Part shown: piece after piece, positions 11,405 to 23,194 of the stretch
Layout of the letters: each line of letters begins with the position of its first letter
How positions within the stretch are numbered: position 1 is the stretch's first letter
NCBI GenBank assembly: GCA_964016885.1
Contig: OZ024740.1
Location: forward strand, 314,402,001-314,466,000
Length of the DNA: 64,000 nt
Source: Eledone cirrhosa
Taxonomy: Eukaryota
Direction of reading: 5' to 3'
Made by a program: the position numbers and the translations under genes
Notes under the pieces: generated by a model
The model's database searches: none
What the model saw: the letters and a program-made list of their open reading frames with translations, nothing else
Told to the model about the DNA's origin: nothing

Positions 11405-13180
11405 ATGGTGGCTGCCAACTCGTTTTCGAGTACGGCCACTACTTTATATCCATGTAGGAGAATCCCTACCAATGCGCTGAACGAGTGTGACTTTTTAGTC
11501 CAGCCAGCGACTTGAAAACTCTGGTACAAACACTACACTTGTGACAATTATTGACACATAGTGCTAGGCCCATTGGTACCCTGTGATGAAACGTGGTACC
11601 ATGTGACGACAAGTGGAGAGAGATCTCCAGATATAAAGCAATGCCTGTGCCGTGAAGCTTTTATAGTGAGCAAAGGCACTGCACGAAGCCAGTCCCACTC
11701 TCTTAACCAAGATGATATTTACCAAAAAGAAGAACAAGTCAACATCATTGGATACCATCAGAGTTGCGGGTGTTATATCAGAGTTTTCCTTCTCCTAGAA
11801 TTCTGCCTTGACAAAGGCTAAGGGGTCATCTCTCCCGGTGATTTTGGATGGCCATTGACTCTTAAGAGCTCCTTTGCCCTTTGACAGGTTTTGTTTTTAG
11901 TCCTGCAGGATGTCCAAAGTCACCCTCCTCACCAAGAAACCTTGGTGGGGTTGCCAGTTTAGTCGCCAACGACCCGACCATGAGACAGGTTGTACTGGGA
12001 TACATGTTACCAGTAGCATCATACATACATACATGGTGGCTGCCAACTCGTTTTCGAGTACGGCCACTACTTTATATCTATGTAGGAGAACCCCTACCGA
12101 TACGCTGAACGAGTGTGACGTTTTAGTCCAGCCAGCGACTTGAAAACTCTGGTACAAACACTACACTTGTGACAATTATTGACACATAGTGCTGGGCTCA
12201 TGTTACCATATGACGACAAGTGTAGAGAGATCTCCAGATATAAAGCAATGCCTGTGCCGTGAAGCTTTTATAGTGAGCAAAGGCACTGCACAAAGCCAGT
12301 CCCACTCTCTTAACCAAGATGATATTTACCAAAAAGAAGAACAAGTCAACATCATTGGATACCATCAGGGTTGCAGGTGTTATATCAGAGTTATCCTTCT
12401 CCTAGAATTCTGCCTTGAAAAAAGCTAAGGGGTCATCTCTCCCGGTGATTTTGGATGGCCATTGACTCTTAAGAGCTCCTTTGGCCTTTGACAGGTTTTT
12501 TTTTGTCCTGCAGGATGTCCAAAGTCACCCTTCTCACCAAGAAACCTTGGTGGGGTTGCCAGTTTAGTCGCCAACGACCCGACCATGAGACAGGTTGTAC
12601 TGGGATACATGTTACCAGTAGCACCAACTGGTGACCTGACATACATACATACATACATACATACATACATACATACATACATACATACATACATACATAC
12701 ATACATACACGATGGCTGCAACTTGATTTCGAGTAATGCTATCGCTTGATTCTTAAGAATATGTCAGATATCTAGCGATGGCTGCGCTTGAAGTTATTTT
12801 AAGTGAGGACAGGCTTTGCACAGATCCAATCCTACTCTCTGAACATTGAATGCATTTACCCAAAAAGTAGAACTGGTCTACATCATTGGATGCAAAGGTA
12901 GGTTTTTACATGAGAGTGACCTTCTCCTAGAGAGATGCCTTAATGAAGACTAGGGGTCTCTCACTCCACTACTCCCCTCAAAAACGAATTAAAAATTATT
13001 GGACTCTCCTGAATTCCACTGCCCTTTCGTTTTGTTTTTCATCCTGCAGGTTGTCCGAAATCACTCTCCTCATTAAGCAAGCTTGATGGTGTTGCTGCTT
13101 TAGTAGCCGACGACCTTACCATGCACGGGTTGTACTGTGTTACATGTTATCAGTAGCGCTGCAGAGCGAACTGACATACA
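11405..13180. repeat. Tandem ~610-bp dispersed repeat units delimited by (TACA)n (two close copies and one diverged copy)
   Basis: Units at ~11405-12020, ~12033-12640 and a diverged one at ~12711-13180. Each starts ATGGTGGCTGC(C)AAC after (TACA)n. Related pieces at 6420-6620 and 59514-60310. Confidence 0.85.
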
Positions 13181-13324
13181 GTTCAAGATTGACAGATTTT
13201 CATTTCTAAATTCTATTATCATTACAATTTTGATATATATTTTTTATAGAATATAGATATTTTGAAATAATTATGAGAAAAAAAATGTATCTTCATATTT
13301 ATTGTTTACTAATCTGAATAAGAA

Positions 13325-13362
13325 CAGCAGTAACCCGGGCAACGCCGGGTAGTTCAGCTAGT
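13325..13362 (+). mobile_element. Helitron 3' terminus
   Basis: ACCCGGGCAACGCCGGGT hairpin followed by AGTTCAGCTAG|T. Confidence 0.65.
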
Positions 13363-13754
13363 ATGTTATAAAATAAATAGAATGGGCTGGGGTCTCAATA
13401 TGTAAACTAAACGACTAATTCTGGTCTAATTTTGGTTTCTACAAAACTCATGGGTAACAACTTCGAAAAATTACCGATTTTTCACCGCCACTACCCCACC
13501 ACCCGCTTAAACCATCACCATCCCTTATTATTTGGGACCCGAAAGTACGTATTGATCTATTCAATGAAGTGGTGGTACCATCTTCCAGGCGTTTAAGACA
13601 CATTTGTTGAAATGGTGACATTTACTGAAGATTTCTTATCTGAAATACAGATGTTGTGCAGAATCCTTACTAAATGTGCAGGCGCGTGTGTCCGTACGTA
13701 TGAGTATGAGTGTGTTGTATGTTTGTGTAGGTTACATGAGATGTATACACTTAC

Positions 13755-14029
13755 CTTAAATCATACACTTCGGTCGGCATTGCAACCATACAAGCAATCA
13801 GATCAAACACAGCCAGTGCCTCAATAAAGTAGTTCGATGTTGAGATACGTTTGAAGCGACCTCGATATATGTAGAGGATTAACATGTTCCCAGGTGCACC
13901 GACTATCATCAATAGTACCACAAATATTATAACCAATATATATTTTCGTGCTTCTATATCATTTAGTTCATCCATGGTGAGGCTTGACGCCAGCAGAATT
14001 GATTTGTTGACCGTTGAATTGACAGACAT
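13755..14029 (-). CDS. Class A GPCR, coding exon 1 (N-terminus, TM1-TM2); spliced product 400 aa, orphan peptide-receptor-like
   Basis: ATG at 14029, N-glycosylation sequons NST and NKS, TM1 GN, TM2 LAVFD...P. Donor AG|GTAAGT starts at 13754. 275+928 nt = 1203 nt open frame. Confidence 0.92.
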
Positions 14030-14424
14030 CTAAAGAATAGGACAAGAAAAACAAATGAAGTCTCTTCAGTATACATAGGAACATATATATATATAAACAA
14101 TAAGATCAATACATGCTGACATGTAGACTATAGCTGTTGTTTGGCTCATATTTAAAAGAAAATTATATTTGTGTCAATACTGCTCAGTTCAAAATAATAC
14201 TATTTTCGGTCAAAGTTATGTGCAGTGATAGAAATCATAGAAGGTGAAAGAAAAAACAAATAGAATTACAAAGAGTACATATTCATCTTGCCAAAAATAC
14301 TGATCAGTTCGTGAGAAATTTCAAATATTGCATGAGCTGAGTACTAAAACAAAAATGATAAAGGTTTCCATTGCAATGAGTAGGAAACTAATATTTTTAA
14401 ATTATTATTATTTCTTATAGAACA

Positions 14425-15175
14425 AGGGCAGTAGCTTGGCTGTATCGGTAGAGCGTCGGGTAACCTGCTTCGTAGCATAGAGTTATGGCCCTTTACGTTC
14501 TGAGTTTAACTTTGTCTTTCACCTTTACGAGGTCGATAAAATAAAACACCAGTAACGTACTGGAGTCGATTTAATTGACTTTCCCCATCTTCCCCATCTG
14601 GCCTTGTGCCTAAATCAGAAACCATTATTATTCCTTATAAATCAAGGGTGGTAGATTGGCAGTATCGGTAGAGTGTCAGGCACCATGCTTCGTGAAATAG
14701 AGTTATGGTCCTCTACGTTCTGAATTCAAATCCCGTCGAGGTTAACTTTGTCTTTCATCCTTACAGGGTCGATAAAATAAAACACTAGTAACGTACTGGT
14801 GCCGATTTAATCGACTTTCTCCTCCCCAAAAATTGCTGGCCTTGTGCCTAAATCAGAAACCATTATCATTGTTATTGTCGTTGAAAAATCACTTTTAGAA
14901 TTATCCTATCTTGGAGTCGAATTCATTGACTTTCCCCCTTCCACAAAAATTGTTACCTTGTGCCTAAATTAGAAACTATTATTTCTTGGATTGGCAGTAT
15001 CGGTAGAGGGTCGGACGCCATGCTTTGCAGCAAAGAGTTACGGCCCTTTATGATCTGAGTTCAAATCCCGCCGAGGTCAACTTTGTCTTTCATTCTTACA
15101 GGGTCGATAAAATAAAGTACCAGTAATGCAATGGGACAATTGCTGGCCTTGTGCCAAAAGTAGAAATAATTATTT
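14425..15175 (+). mobile_element. Head-to-tail cluster of SINE family A copies
   Basis: Copies at ~14425-14630, ~14645-14865, a fragment at ~14910-14980 and ~14989-15172. Confidence 0.85.
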
Positions 15176-15489
15176 CTTATAAAGCAAATTTATATTGTTA
15201 TTGCATACAATATTTATATTTGTAGATGCTAAAATATAGTTTTTCGTGTTTCATTCAATTCGCTTTATTTTAATCTTAAATCAATAAAAAGTTAGACACT
15301 GTGTCTCAATGTTGGCGTGAGAATAAATAATATTTTTAACATTTGGAACAAGCAACGATGTCTTTTTTTTTGTGGGGGAGTCCGATTATATCCACCCCAA
15401 TACTTGACTGGTACTTCATTTTATCAACCGCAGGGGATTGAACTCAGAACGTAAAGAACCGTAAATCATGTTACTCGATGCTCTAAATC

Positions 15490-15866
15490 AATCATGGGCA
15501 AACTTTGTCGAGCAGAGGGCCACATAATATGTGGTTCATCATAAGTCGAGCAGCATAGGATGTTGTTCATCATAAGGCGGGCCGCATAATATAAGGCTTA
15601 CCATAAGGCGGCCGCATGAGATATGGTTCATCATAAGGCGAGCCACATAGGTTGTAGCTCATCATAATGTGGGCCACATATGATGTGACTCATCATATAG
15701 TGAGCCATATAGGATGTGGCTCATCATAAGGCACTACTAAAACAATCCAAGGCAATTTTGAAATTAGGCGTACCATTCATAAATCTAAACGGGTCGAATG
15801 CGACTCGCGACAGCTCTAAACGCCCCGTGGGGCGGGGTAGCGCCTACTTCGAGAACCTCTGGTCTA
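15490..15866 (+). mobile_element. hAT-like non-autonomous relic with an internal ~31-35-bp tandem repeat
   Basis: Starts CATGGGCAAACTT, has about seven copies of GGGCCACATAGGATGTGGTTCATCATAAGGC, and ends with a hAT-like GAGAACCTCTGGTCTA. Confidence 0.5.
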
Positions 15867-16744
15867 AAAGAATAAATAAAATATGTATTTGGTAAGTTTG
15901 TCTCTTGAGGATATGAAATCGATAAATAAGTGATTCTTGTGATTTCAATGTCAAATCAGGTCAGATATGCTGGTGCCATATATCCCCTAGCCATACGTTG
16001 CATACAACTGTACATAGATGTGTGTGTGTATGGGTGTGTCTGTGCGCGTGTGTATATATATATGTACGTGGGTGTGTGCGCGTGTGTGCGTATGTGTGCG
16101 TATGTGTGTACGTGCGTGTGTGCATGTGTGTGGGCATGTGTGCGTGTGTGTCTGACTGCGTGTGTGTCTGTGCGTGTGCGTGGATGTGTGCATGTGAGCG
16201 TGTATGTGTGTGTGAGTGTATGTGTGTGTGCGTGTATGTATGTGCATGGGTGTGTGCGTGTATGTGTGTGTGCGTGGGTGTGTTTGTGTGTGTGGGTTGG
16301 GGGTGTCTGTGCGCGTGTGTGTGCATGTGCATGTGTGCGTGCATATGTGTGTTGGATGAATGTAGGCACTGCTTGAATTGATGAGTTTGTTGTTATTCAA
16401 CATGTTAGTCCTTTCTAAATATCCACTAAACATACATCCTACATAATTCAAAAGTAAAAATATCATCCAACAAACAAACAACAATAACTCTTTATTTTCA
16501 ATACATATGTTTCATTTACAAAGTTGGCTTAAAAACCATTGATAATTACATAAACATGAAGAAGGAAAAGATAATAACAAACTTAAGTAATGAGAAAAGG
16601 GGGGAACGTGTAAAGAAGGGCAGATCTGGATACGGGAAAATAGTCCTTGCTTTTTTACCCCAACAAACTATAATAGAATTTTCAACGGACACACACACTC
16701 ACTTGATAAGATAACGATAGATTCTCCTCATCATCATCATAATC

Positions 16745-16960
16745 ATGATTTAAAGTGGAAATTAAAAAGGATTTGGGACTGTCATGAGATCAAGGTCGTC
16801 CCGATTGTAATAGGAGTTTTAGGTACTATCTCAAAGAGTTTTCAAGGATTGTTAAAGAATATTAGTCCAGCCCCCTTTTTTGGAACACTTCAAAAGACAT
16901 GCTTGTTGGAACCAGCAAGATCCCTCCGATACGTCCTGAATATCTGAGGCTGCAGGTAGC
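16745..16960 (+). pseudogene. Degraded C-terminal fragment of an R4/Dong-like LINE
   Basis: Translates DLKVEIKRIWDCHEIKVVPIVIGVLGTI, resembling the IPIIIGATG region of ORF 43842..44828. Confidence 0.55.
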
Positions 16961-17029
16961 TGCTTGATGTTCATTTGAACAAACATTCCAGTTAAATAAC
17001 ATCAATGACTGAGACTCCAAGAAAATAAT

Positions 17030-17213
17030 AATAATTGTTTCTACATTTGGCACAAGGCCAGCAATTATGCCAGTGCATTACTGGTATTTTATGTTATCGA
17101 CCCCGTAAGGATGAAAAGCAAAGTTAACCTCGGCGGGATTTGAACTCAGGCTGTAAAGGGCCGTAACTCTATGCTGCAAAGAATGGCGTCCGACCCTCTA
17201 CCGATACTGCCAA
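17030..17213 (-). mobile_element. SINE family A copy
   Basis: Reverse complement of the family A consensus. Confidence 0.85.
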
Positions 17214-18019
17214 TAGTAATAGTAATAAACCAACAATGCTGTGCATTTGCTTACGTTTTCATACAGAAGTCATATAAATAAATGATAACTCCGCCTCATT
17301 GTCTTATCTCACGAATGAAAGAAACTATATTCATTCATTTATACTGTATCTCTTTCTTTTTTCTTTGACCCTTTAGCATTTAAACCGGCCATATCCGGCC
17401 AGAATTCTTTCACCTCTTTCTATTCAAACTGACCATAACCAGCCGCTCATATTGACATTGAGGTATTGTTCTCAAAATAAATAACATCAAAATCTCATAG
17501 ATTTAATATTATGTGAGATAATTATGTAAGGTAAAGCCTTTACCATGAAACTATAATAGTATATATATTCATTCTCACTTTCGTTATTTTTTCCATTCCA
17601 TTCCTTATTACACTCTATCTATTCACTCCGAATTTCTTCTTACGTCCATATTCTCTATTTACATACCTCTCTATCTCTTTATCTCATCATCTCATCAACT
17701 ATTTTCTCCCTACCATGTTTTTGTTTTGTATTTTACTTTGTTTTGTTCCTTGTATTATTTTCTTCCTCTTTCATTTAATTTGCTGTTATTTTTCTTTTTC
17801 TTTCGTTTTTCATATTCTTCCTTCACCCCCTCCTCTCTGTTTCACATTATCTCTTTCTCTTTTTTCCGTCTTTATTAATCTTTTCCCTGTTCAAATGATT
17901 ATTATCAGGTCATTAAGTATAAAATGTTTGATTTCAATCTAAAAGTGCATAAAGAAATCGGACATTTCATATTTAAGGACCTAATACCTTTTTCTATATC
18001 TATCTATCTAGCTAGCTAT

Positions 18020-21000
18020 CTTGAGCTGTATCTGTTTTACTTGAGACGTGTGCCAGTTCGCTGGTAAGTTTTTGTTGATTTTCTAAGTAAGAAATCAAAA
18101 ATTTATTGTTAAATTTAATACTATTTTATAGCTTGACCCCACGTCTGGACTTTCAGACGGTGGGTCAAGTCATCTTCACCCCTCCCTGGGGTGAAATTTT
18201 CGTTCAGAAAAAATTTCGCCGGTGAAAACAATCGTAAACAAACCTTGCATTCAGTCATGGAAGCTGCGTTCATAACTAGAAGTGGTGGAGAGGCGGTAAG
18301 AGTGTTAAGCTCTCAGTCACCTCCTCTCACCACCTCATTGAAAGACATTGAAAATGTCGTCACTTTTGAAAACACGATGTCGGACGTTGATTGTAACACC
18401 AACACTAATACAAACACCAATAACATGCAAAATATAAACAACACCAACCAGAACAACAACAACAACAACAATAATGACAACAATAACAACAACAGTAACA
18501 ATGATAACAACAACACCACCAACAACAACAGCAACACGAACAACTCCACGAACAAGGAAAAGATTTCCTTTGCTCAAACCGTCCAAAAGACGGAACTGTT
18601 CACATACCTTGACATTTCCAATGCTAGGTAAATGTTAAGCGATGCAAAACAGTATGTAACTTTGGGGGAGAGTGGTGCTTTCAGCATCACTTCTCATCAA
18701 CAGTTACGCAGAGAAACTGTTCTAAAAACAGTAATTTTTAGGACAGTTTCAAATGTGTCGAAAAAACCAGTTCAATTATCCCAAAACGACATTGAACTGG
18801 TTCTGAAGAATTCCATGAAGGATATTGCCTTCATCCAAAAAGGAAAACGTTGTTGAAAGAGCAATTGACAGCAGAAAAATATTCTGTATCGCCGATTGTG
18901 CCCCCCCCCCCTTTACACCTTTTTCCCCACATATATGGGAAAAAGACATAAAAGATAAAAATTTCGAACATTGCACCAAATGTAAACGTCTGCTGGATTT
19001 TAACTGGCTTCATCGATTTCGACGAAGACACCATCATTTCAGTGGGAAAGTCCTCCAGAGGCACATTCAATGGTACAAGCATGGAAGTTCTGGTCCAAAT
19101 GAGGCCAGAACGGATAGCTAAAATACCCCCAACGTGTGCCTCTGGATGGAATTTCACACATAAACATTTCTGTTGAGGGTAGGCGACCTTCATGTTACCA
19201 CTGTTTAAGCAGTGGTCACCTAAAGGCTTACTGTCCTCAGTTAACTACAAAAAAAAGAGGCACTACTGCCAACACGCAAAACAACAACAACAACAACAAC
19301 AAAACAACACGCAAACATAACCAAAACAAAAACAACAAACCAACCTACAAGCACAGTCCCACTAAACCCCACTCCACCTAAAAGCACTGCAAAAACACCC
19401 ACAAACACAACAGCTCACCAAATAACACAGACATCACAACGGACGAAGCCCCCAAGTGACGATGAGGGAGAGCCTCTCCGTTCGAAAAAAAAGAAGAAAA
19501 GACACCACAAGAACAAAAAAACAACAAACATCACTACAAACATACAACCACCAACACAAACAACACAAACATTACAAACAAAAACCCCCCGTCCCGAAAC
19601 CAAAACCACGACATCACTCCAAACACCTACAACAAAACGAAAGCTCCCACAAGAACAACAGACAAAAACCACCGCAACACAAGAACATTACACATACATA
19701 AACAGTAAAAACAAAACTTTAATGGAGGTCATCTCCAACGACCCTTCGGTGAAAACCGAAGGGAAAACTTTTTCGAACTGTGTAGACAAGCCTAATTTAA
19801 AGATGATTAGGGTCCCTACGGACACCTATAAGTCTTTAAAGGAAAACTTTCCTAAGAACGTGGGTAATCCTTGTGTTAAACCCATTAACCGCGTCCTTTT
19901 AAAAAGGACACCCACCCCATCAGACACCCCCTCCCCACCAATCATCTCCGTCCCCACCCCGCCGGAAACCACCACCCACCCAGACAACCCCTCCAACACC
20001 CCCATGGAAATCGTGCGGCCTGGTCCCCGGGGGACGAAGAGGTGAATGTTTTCTTTTCTTCTTTTAACTTTTCAGAACCAACATGGTCAATATAAGAGTT
20101 GGATGTGTGAATGCACGCGGCCTGGAGATGCCCTGGAAACAGGGCAAACTCTTAAACGACCTCAGGTCGCACAGTATGGATGTAGTAGCCATTTGCGAGT
20201 CCAGGATCCACAGCGAGCGACAGCTGGCCCCCATCTTCGATGACTTTGAGATCTACGCATCTCTCTGTCAGCCTACCGCGACTCTCGGACAGCGAGGCGA
20301 AGTTCTGCGAAAAGCCGATTTCAGCCGCTGAGATAGGGAACGCGCTGAGCCAATGCGGCAAACGCAAATCTCCAGGTCTCGACGGTCTACCCTACGAATT
20401 TTACGTAGCAATGCCGGACTTATTCTCCGGTCTCCTGGAAGCGGTCTACTGCAACTGGCAGCAGAACGGGAGAATTCCCAGTTCTGTGACCGGGGGCGTA
20501 GTCACACTAGTCAGGAAGGACGAGAATAAGGGGGATGGCATAGGCAACTTCCGGTCCATAACTCTGCTAAACACAGAGTTACAGATTTTGGCCAAGGTGT
20601 TGGCAAAGAGGCTGGCGCTTGACGTCGAGAACCTGACGGGAGAAGCGCAGACATGTGCAATCCCGACCAGGTACATACACGACAACCTCCACCTCATGCG
20701 ATACATCATAGAGAGGGTAGGGTGTAAACCCGGTTTCGGTGGGGCCCTGATCAACTTGGATCAGTCTAAGGCTTTCGATAGGGTTGACCATCGTTACCTG
20801 GATTCGATGCTCGAGGCGGCAGGCTTCGGATCCGTGTTCAGTGGCTGGATTTCTGCAATGCACAACAGCAACATCTGCTCAAGGGTCAAGGTGAACGGCT
20901 ACCTCTCGGAGCCGTTCCATATCACGCGATCCATTCGACAAGGATACCCTCTCTCCTCCCTTCTGTACGTACTGACTCTCGAGCCACTACTGCGGAAGTT

Positions 21001-21430
21001 GGAGCCATTGCAGGGCATCCCTCTGGAACTGGGACTGCGGAAAGCGGCGTCAGCCTACGCCGACGACGTGACAGTAATGGTGTCGAGCGCCTCGCAAATC
21101 GAGGAAGTCGGCACCTTACTAAAGGAATACGAAAGATTCACAGGAGGTGTTTGCACTCACCCAGAAGTGGGCCGAGTGCAAACTATCCTTGAAAAGTCGA
21201 GCGGAGGGGGCGAACACTTTTATAGCGTCCGCCATCTACTACCGCTTGACCGTCGTGCCTTGTCCAGCCAAAACGCTCACCAAAATGGAGCGCGCGCTCT
21301 TCCAATTCCTTTGGAGGAGGCGGGCTCCTTTGGTGAGAAGATCCATCTGCTGCCAACACCCTTCCAACAGAGGGCTGGGGATGCCGTGGCTGACGATGCG
21401 CAAACACGCGCTCAGGCTGCAGCATCTCTA
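18020..21430 (+). mobile_element. Tx1-clade LINE with disrupted ORF1 (zinc knuckle) and internally deleted ORF2 (APE start fused to RT)
   Basis: Begins after a (CTAT)n tract. ORF1 pieces include CYHCLSSGHLKAYC. ORF2 starts MVNIRVGCVNARGL...VAICES, then jumps at ~20272 to RT (KSPGLDG, DQSKAFDRVDH, AYADD). Second deletion at ~21145, truncated at ~21430. Confidence 0.9.
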
Positions 21431-21640
21431 CACATTTATGGTTCTCATATTATTTTATGGATACTACCGGGTGTATAATTATAATTAAATAAATAAATAT
21501 AATTGTATCACTCTCTTTACACCATCACTGATTTGATCGATACAATTATATTTTAATAATAATAGTGTATTTCTAAAATGTTTTTCTTATACTCATTCCT
21601 TAAATTTTCTTACACCCTATTATTAATATTAACCTATCTC

Positions 21641-21806
21641 ATGGCGGTGGATTGGCAGTATCGGTAGAGTGTCGGACGCCATGCTTTCTAGCATCTGAGT
21701 TCAAATCCCGCCGAGGTTGACTTTGCCTTTCATCCTTACGGGGTCGATAAAATAAAGTACCAGTAATGCACTGGGTAATTGCTGGCCTTGTGCCTAAAGT
21801 AGAAAA
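21641..21806 (+). mobile_element. SINE family A copy with 20-bp target-site duplication
   Basis: TATTAATATTAACCTATCTC at 21621-21640 and 21807-21826. Confidence 0.9.
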
Positions 21807-22003
21807 TATTAATATTAACCTATCTCTCTTCTTCCCTTAAATATTTAAATTTACCTAGCGTTTAAATATAACGATCTTTTTCATCTGTACGTTTAGCCTA
21901 ATTAACATATTCATCCTAAGATTTGAAATTTCTTTCACTATCCAAACTGAACTTAAAACGATAAGTTCTTTTGGATATGTCAATATTTATAAAACAACTT
22001 TTG

Positions 22004-22064
22004 TATTTTATCTGATGAGAGCGTAGCAAAATTTTGGTACCCTTGAAATATATATAAAAAAATA
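22004..22064 (+). ncRNA. Minimal type I hammerhead motif (TATATA family, second copy)
   Basis: TATTTTAT-CTGATGA-gagcgtagcaaaattttggtaccctt-GAAA-TATATA-TA-AAAAAATA, homologous to 6141-6201. Confidence 0.6.
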
Positions 22065-22354
22065 AATAAATATTTATTAATATCATTGATATATATATAT
22101 ATCGAGAATCTAATTGTAATACGTGACGTATTCTATTCTATAGCGATTAGGTCTTCAAAATGTTTATTATAAACATACAGAATATTTTCGAATATTCTAT
22201 GTCTATATTCACATATATATCGCTATTTCAGAGCATTTATTCCAATTTCTAATTTCTGCCGGACCGGCAACCGCTCTTTCAAACCAGTTCCTGTACACAG
22301 CTAAGTATTCTATAAGTCTCTAGCTGTGTCATTCTCGATAAAAGCACTGGATAT

Positions 22355-22397
22355 GTAGTCCTGATGATTTCTAACGAGAATGAAACGCGTAGATTAC
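22355..22397 (+). ncRNA. Type I minimal hammerhead ribozyme, array copy 1
   Basis: GTAGTC-CTGATGA-tTTCTaacgAGAAt-GAAA-CGCG-TA-GATTAC. Predicted cleavage after GUA at 22391. Confidence 0.8.
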
Positions 22398-22664
22398 TTC
22401 CCTTGCTTTTATCGAGAATCTAATTGTAATACGTGACGTATTCTATTCTATAGCGATTAGGTCTTCAAAATGTTTATTATAAACATACAGAATATTTTCG
22501 AATATTCTATGTCTATATTCACATATATATCGCTATTTCAGAGCATTTATTCCAATTTCTAATTTCTGCCGGACCGGCAACCGCTCTTTCAAACCAGTTC
22601 CTGTACACAGCTAAGTATTCTATAAGTCTCTAGCTGTGTCATTCTCGATAAAAGCACTGGATAT

Positions 22665-22707
22665 GTAGTCCTGATGATTTCTAACGAGAATGAAACGCGT
22701 AGATTAC
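22665..22707 (+). ncRNA. Type I minimal hammerhead ribozyme, array copy 2
   Basis: Identical to copy 1, offset 310 bp. Confidence 0.8.
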
Positions 22708-22974
22708 TTCCCTTGCTTTTATCGAGAATCTAATTGTAATACGTGACGTATTCTATTCTATAGCGATTAGGTCTTCAAAATGTTTATTATAAACATACAG
22801 AATATTTTCGAATATTCTATGTCTATATTCACATATATATCGCTATTTCAGAGCATTTATTCCAATTTCTAATTTCTGCCGGACCGGCAACCGCTCTTTC
22901 AAACCAGTTCCTGTACACAGCTAAGTATTCTATAAGTCTCTAGCTGTGTCATTCTCGATAAAAGCACTGGATAT

Positions 22975-23017
22975 GTAGTCCTGATGATTTCTAACGAGAA
23001 TGAAACGCGTAGATTAC
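22975..23017 (+). ncRNA. Type I minimal hammerhead ribozyme, array copy 3
   Basis: Identical to copy 1, offset 620 bp. Confidence 0.8.
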
Positions 23018-23194
23018 TTCCCTTGCTTTTATCGAGAATCTAATTGTAATACGTGACGTATTCTATTCTATAGCGATTAGGTCTTCAAAATGTTTATTAT
23101 AAACATACAGAATATTTTCGAATATTCTATGTCTATATTCATATATATATATATATATATAGGGGAGGTATATATATATATATATATATATATA

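Larger units (their letters stand above)
22101..23141 (+). repeat. Tandem array of 310-bp units (3 full plus 111 bp), each full unit with a hammerhead ribozyme; retrozyme-like
   Basis: Units start at 22101, 22411, 22721 and 23031 and look identical by eye. The array is flanked by (TA)n on both sides. Confidence 0.95.

Noticed and set aside
11407-11490. HDV-like ribozyme at the start of the 610-bp repeat (P1-like GGTGGCTG/CGGCCACT, P2-like ACTCGTT/AACGAGT)
   Set aside because: Only about 8 nt are available for P3/L3, there is no P1.1, and a simple hairpin competes.
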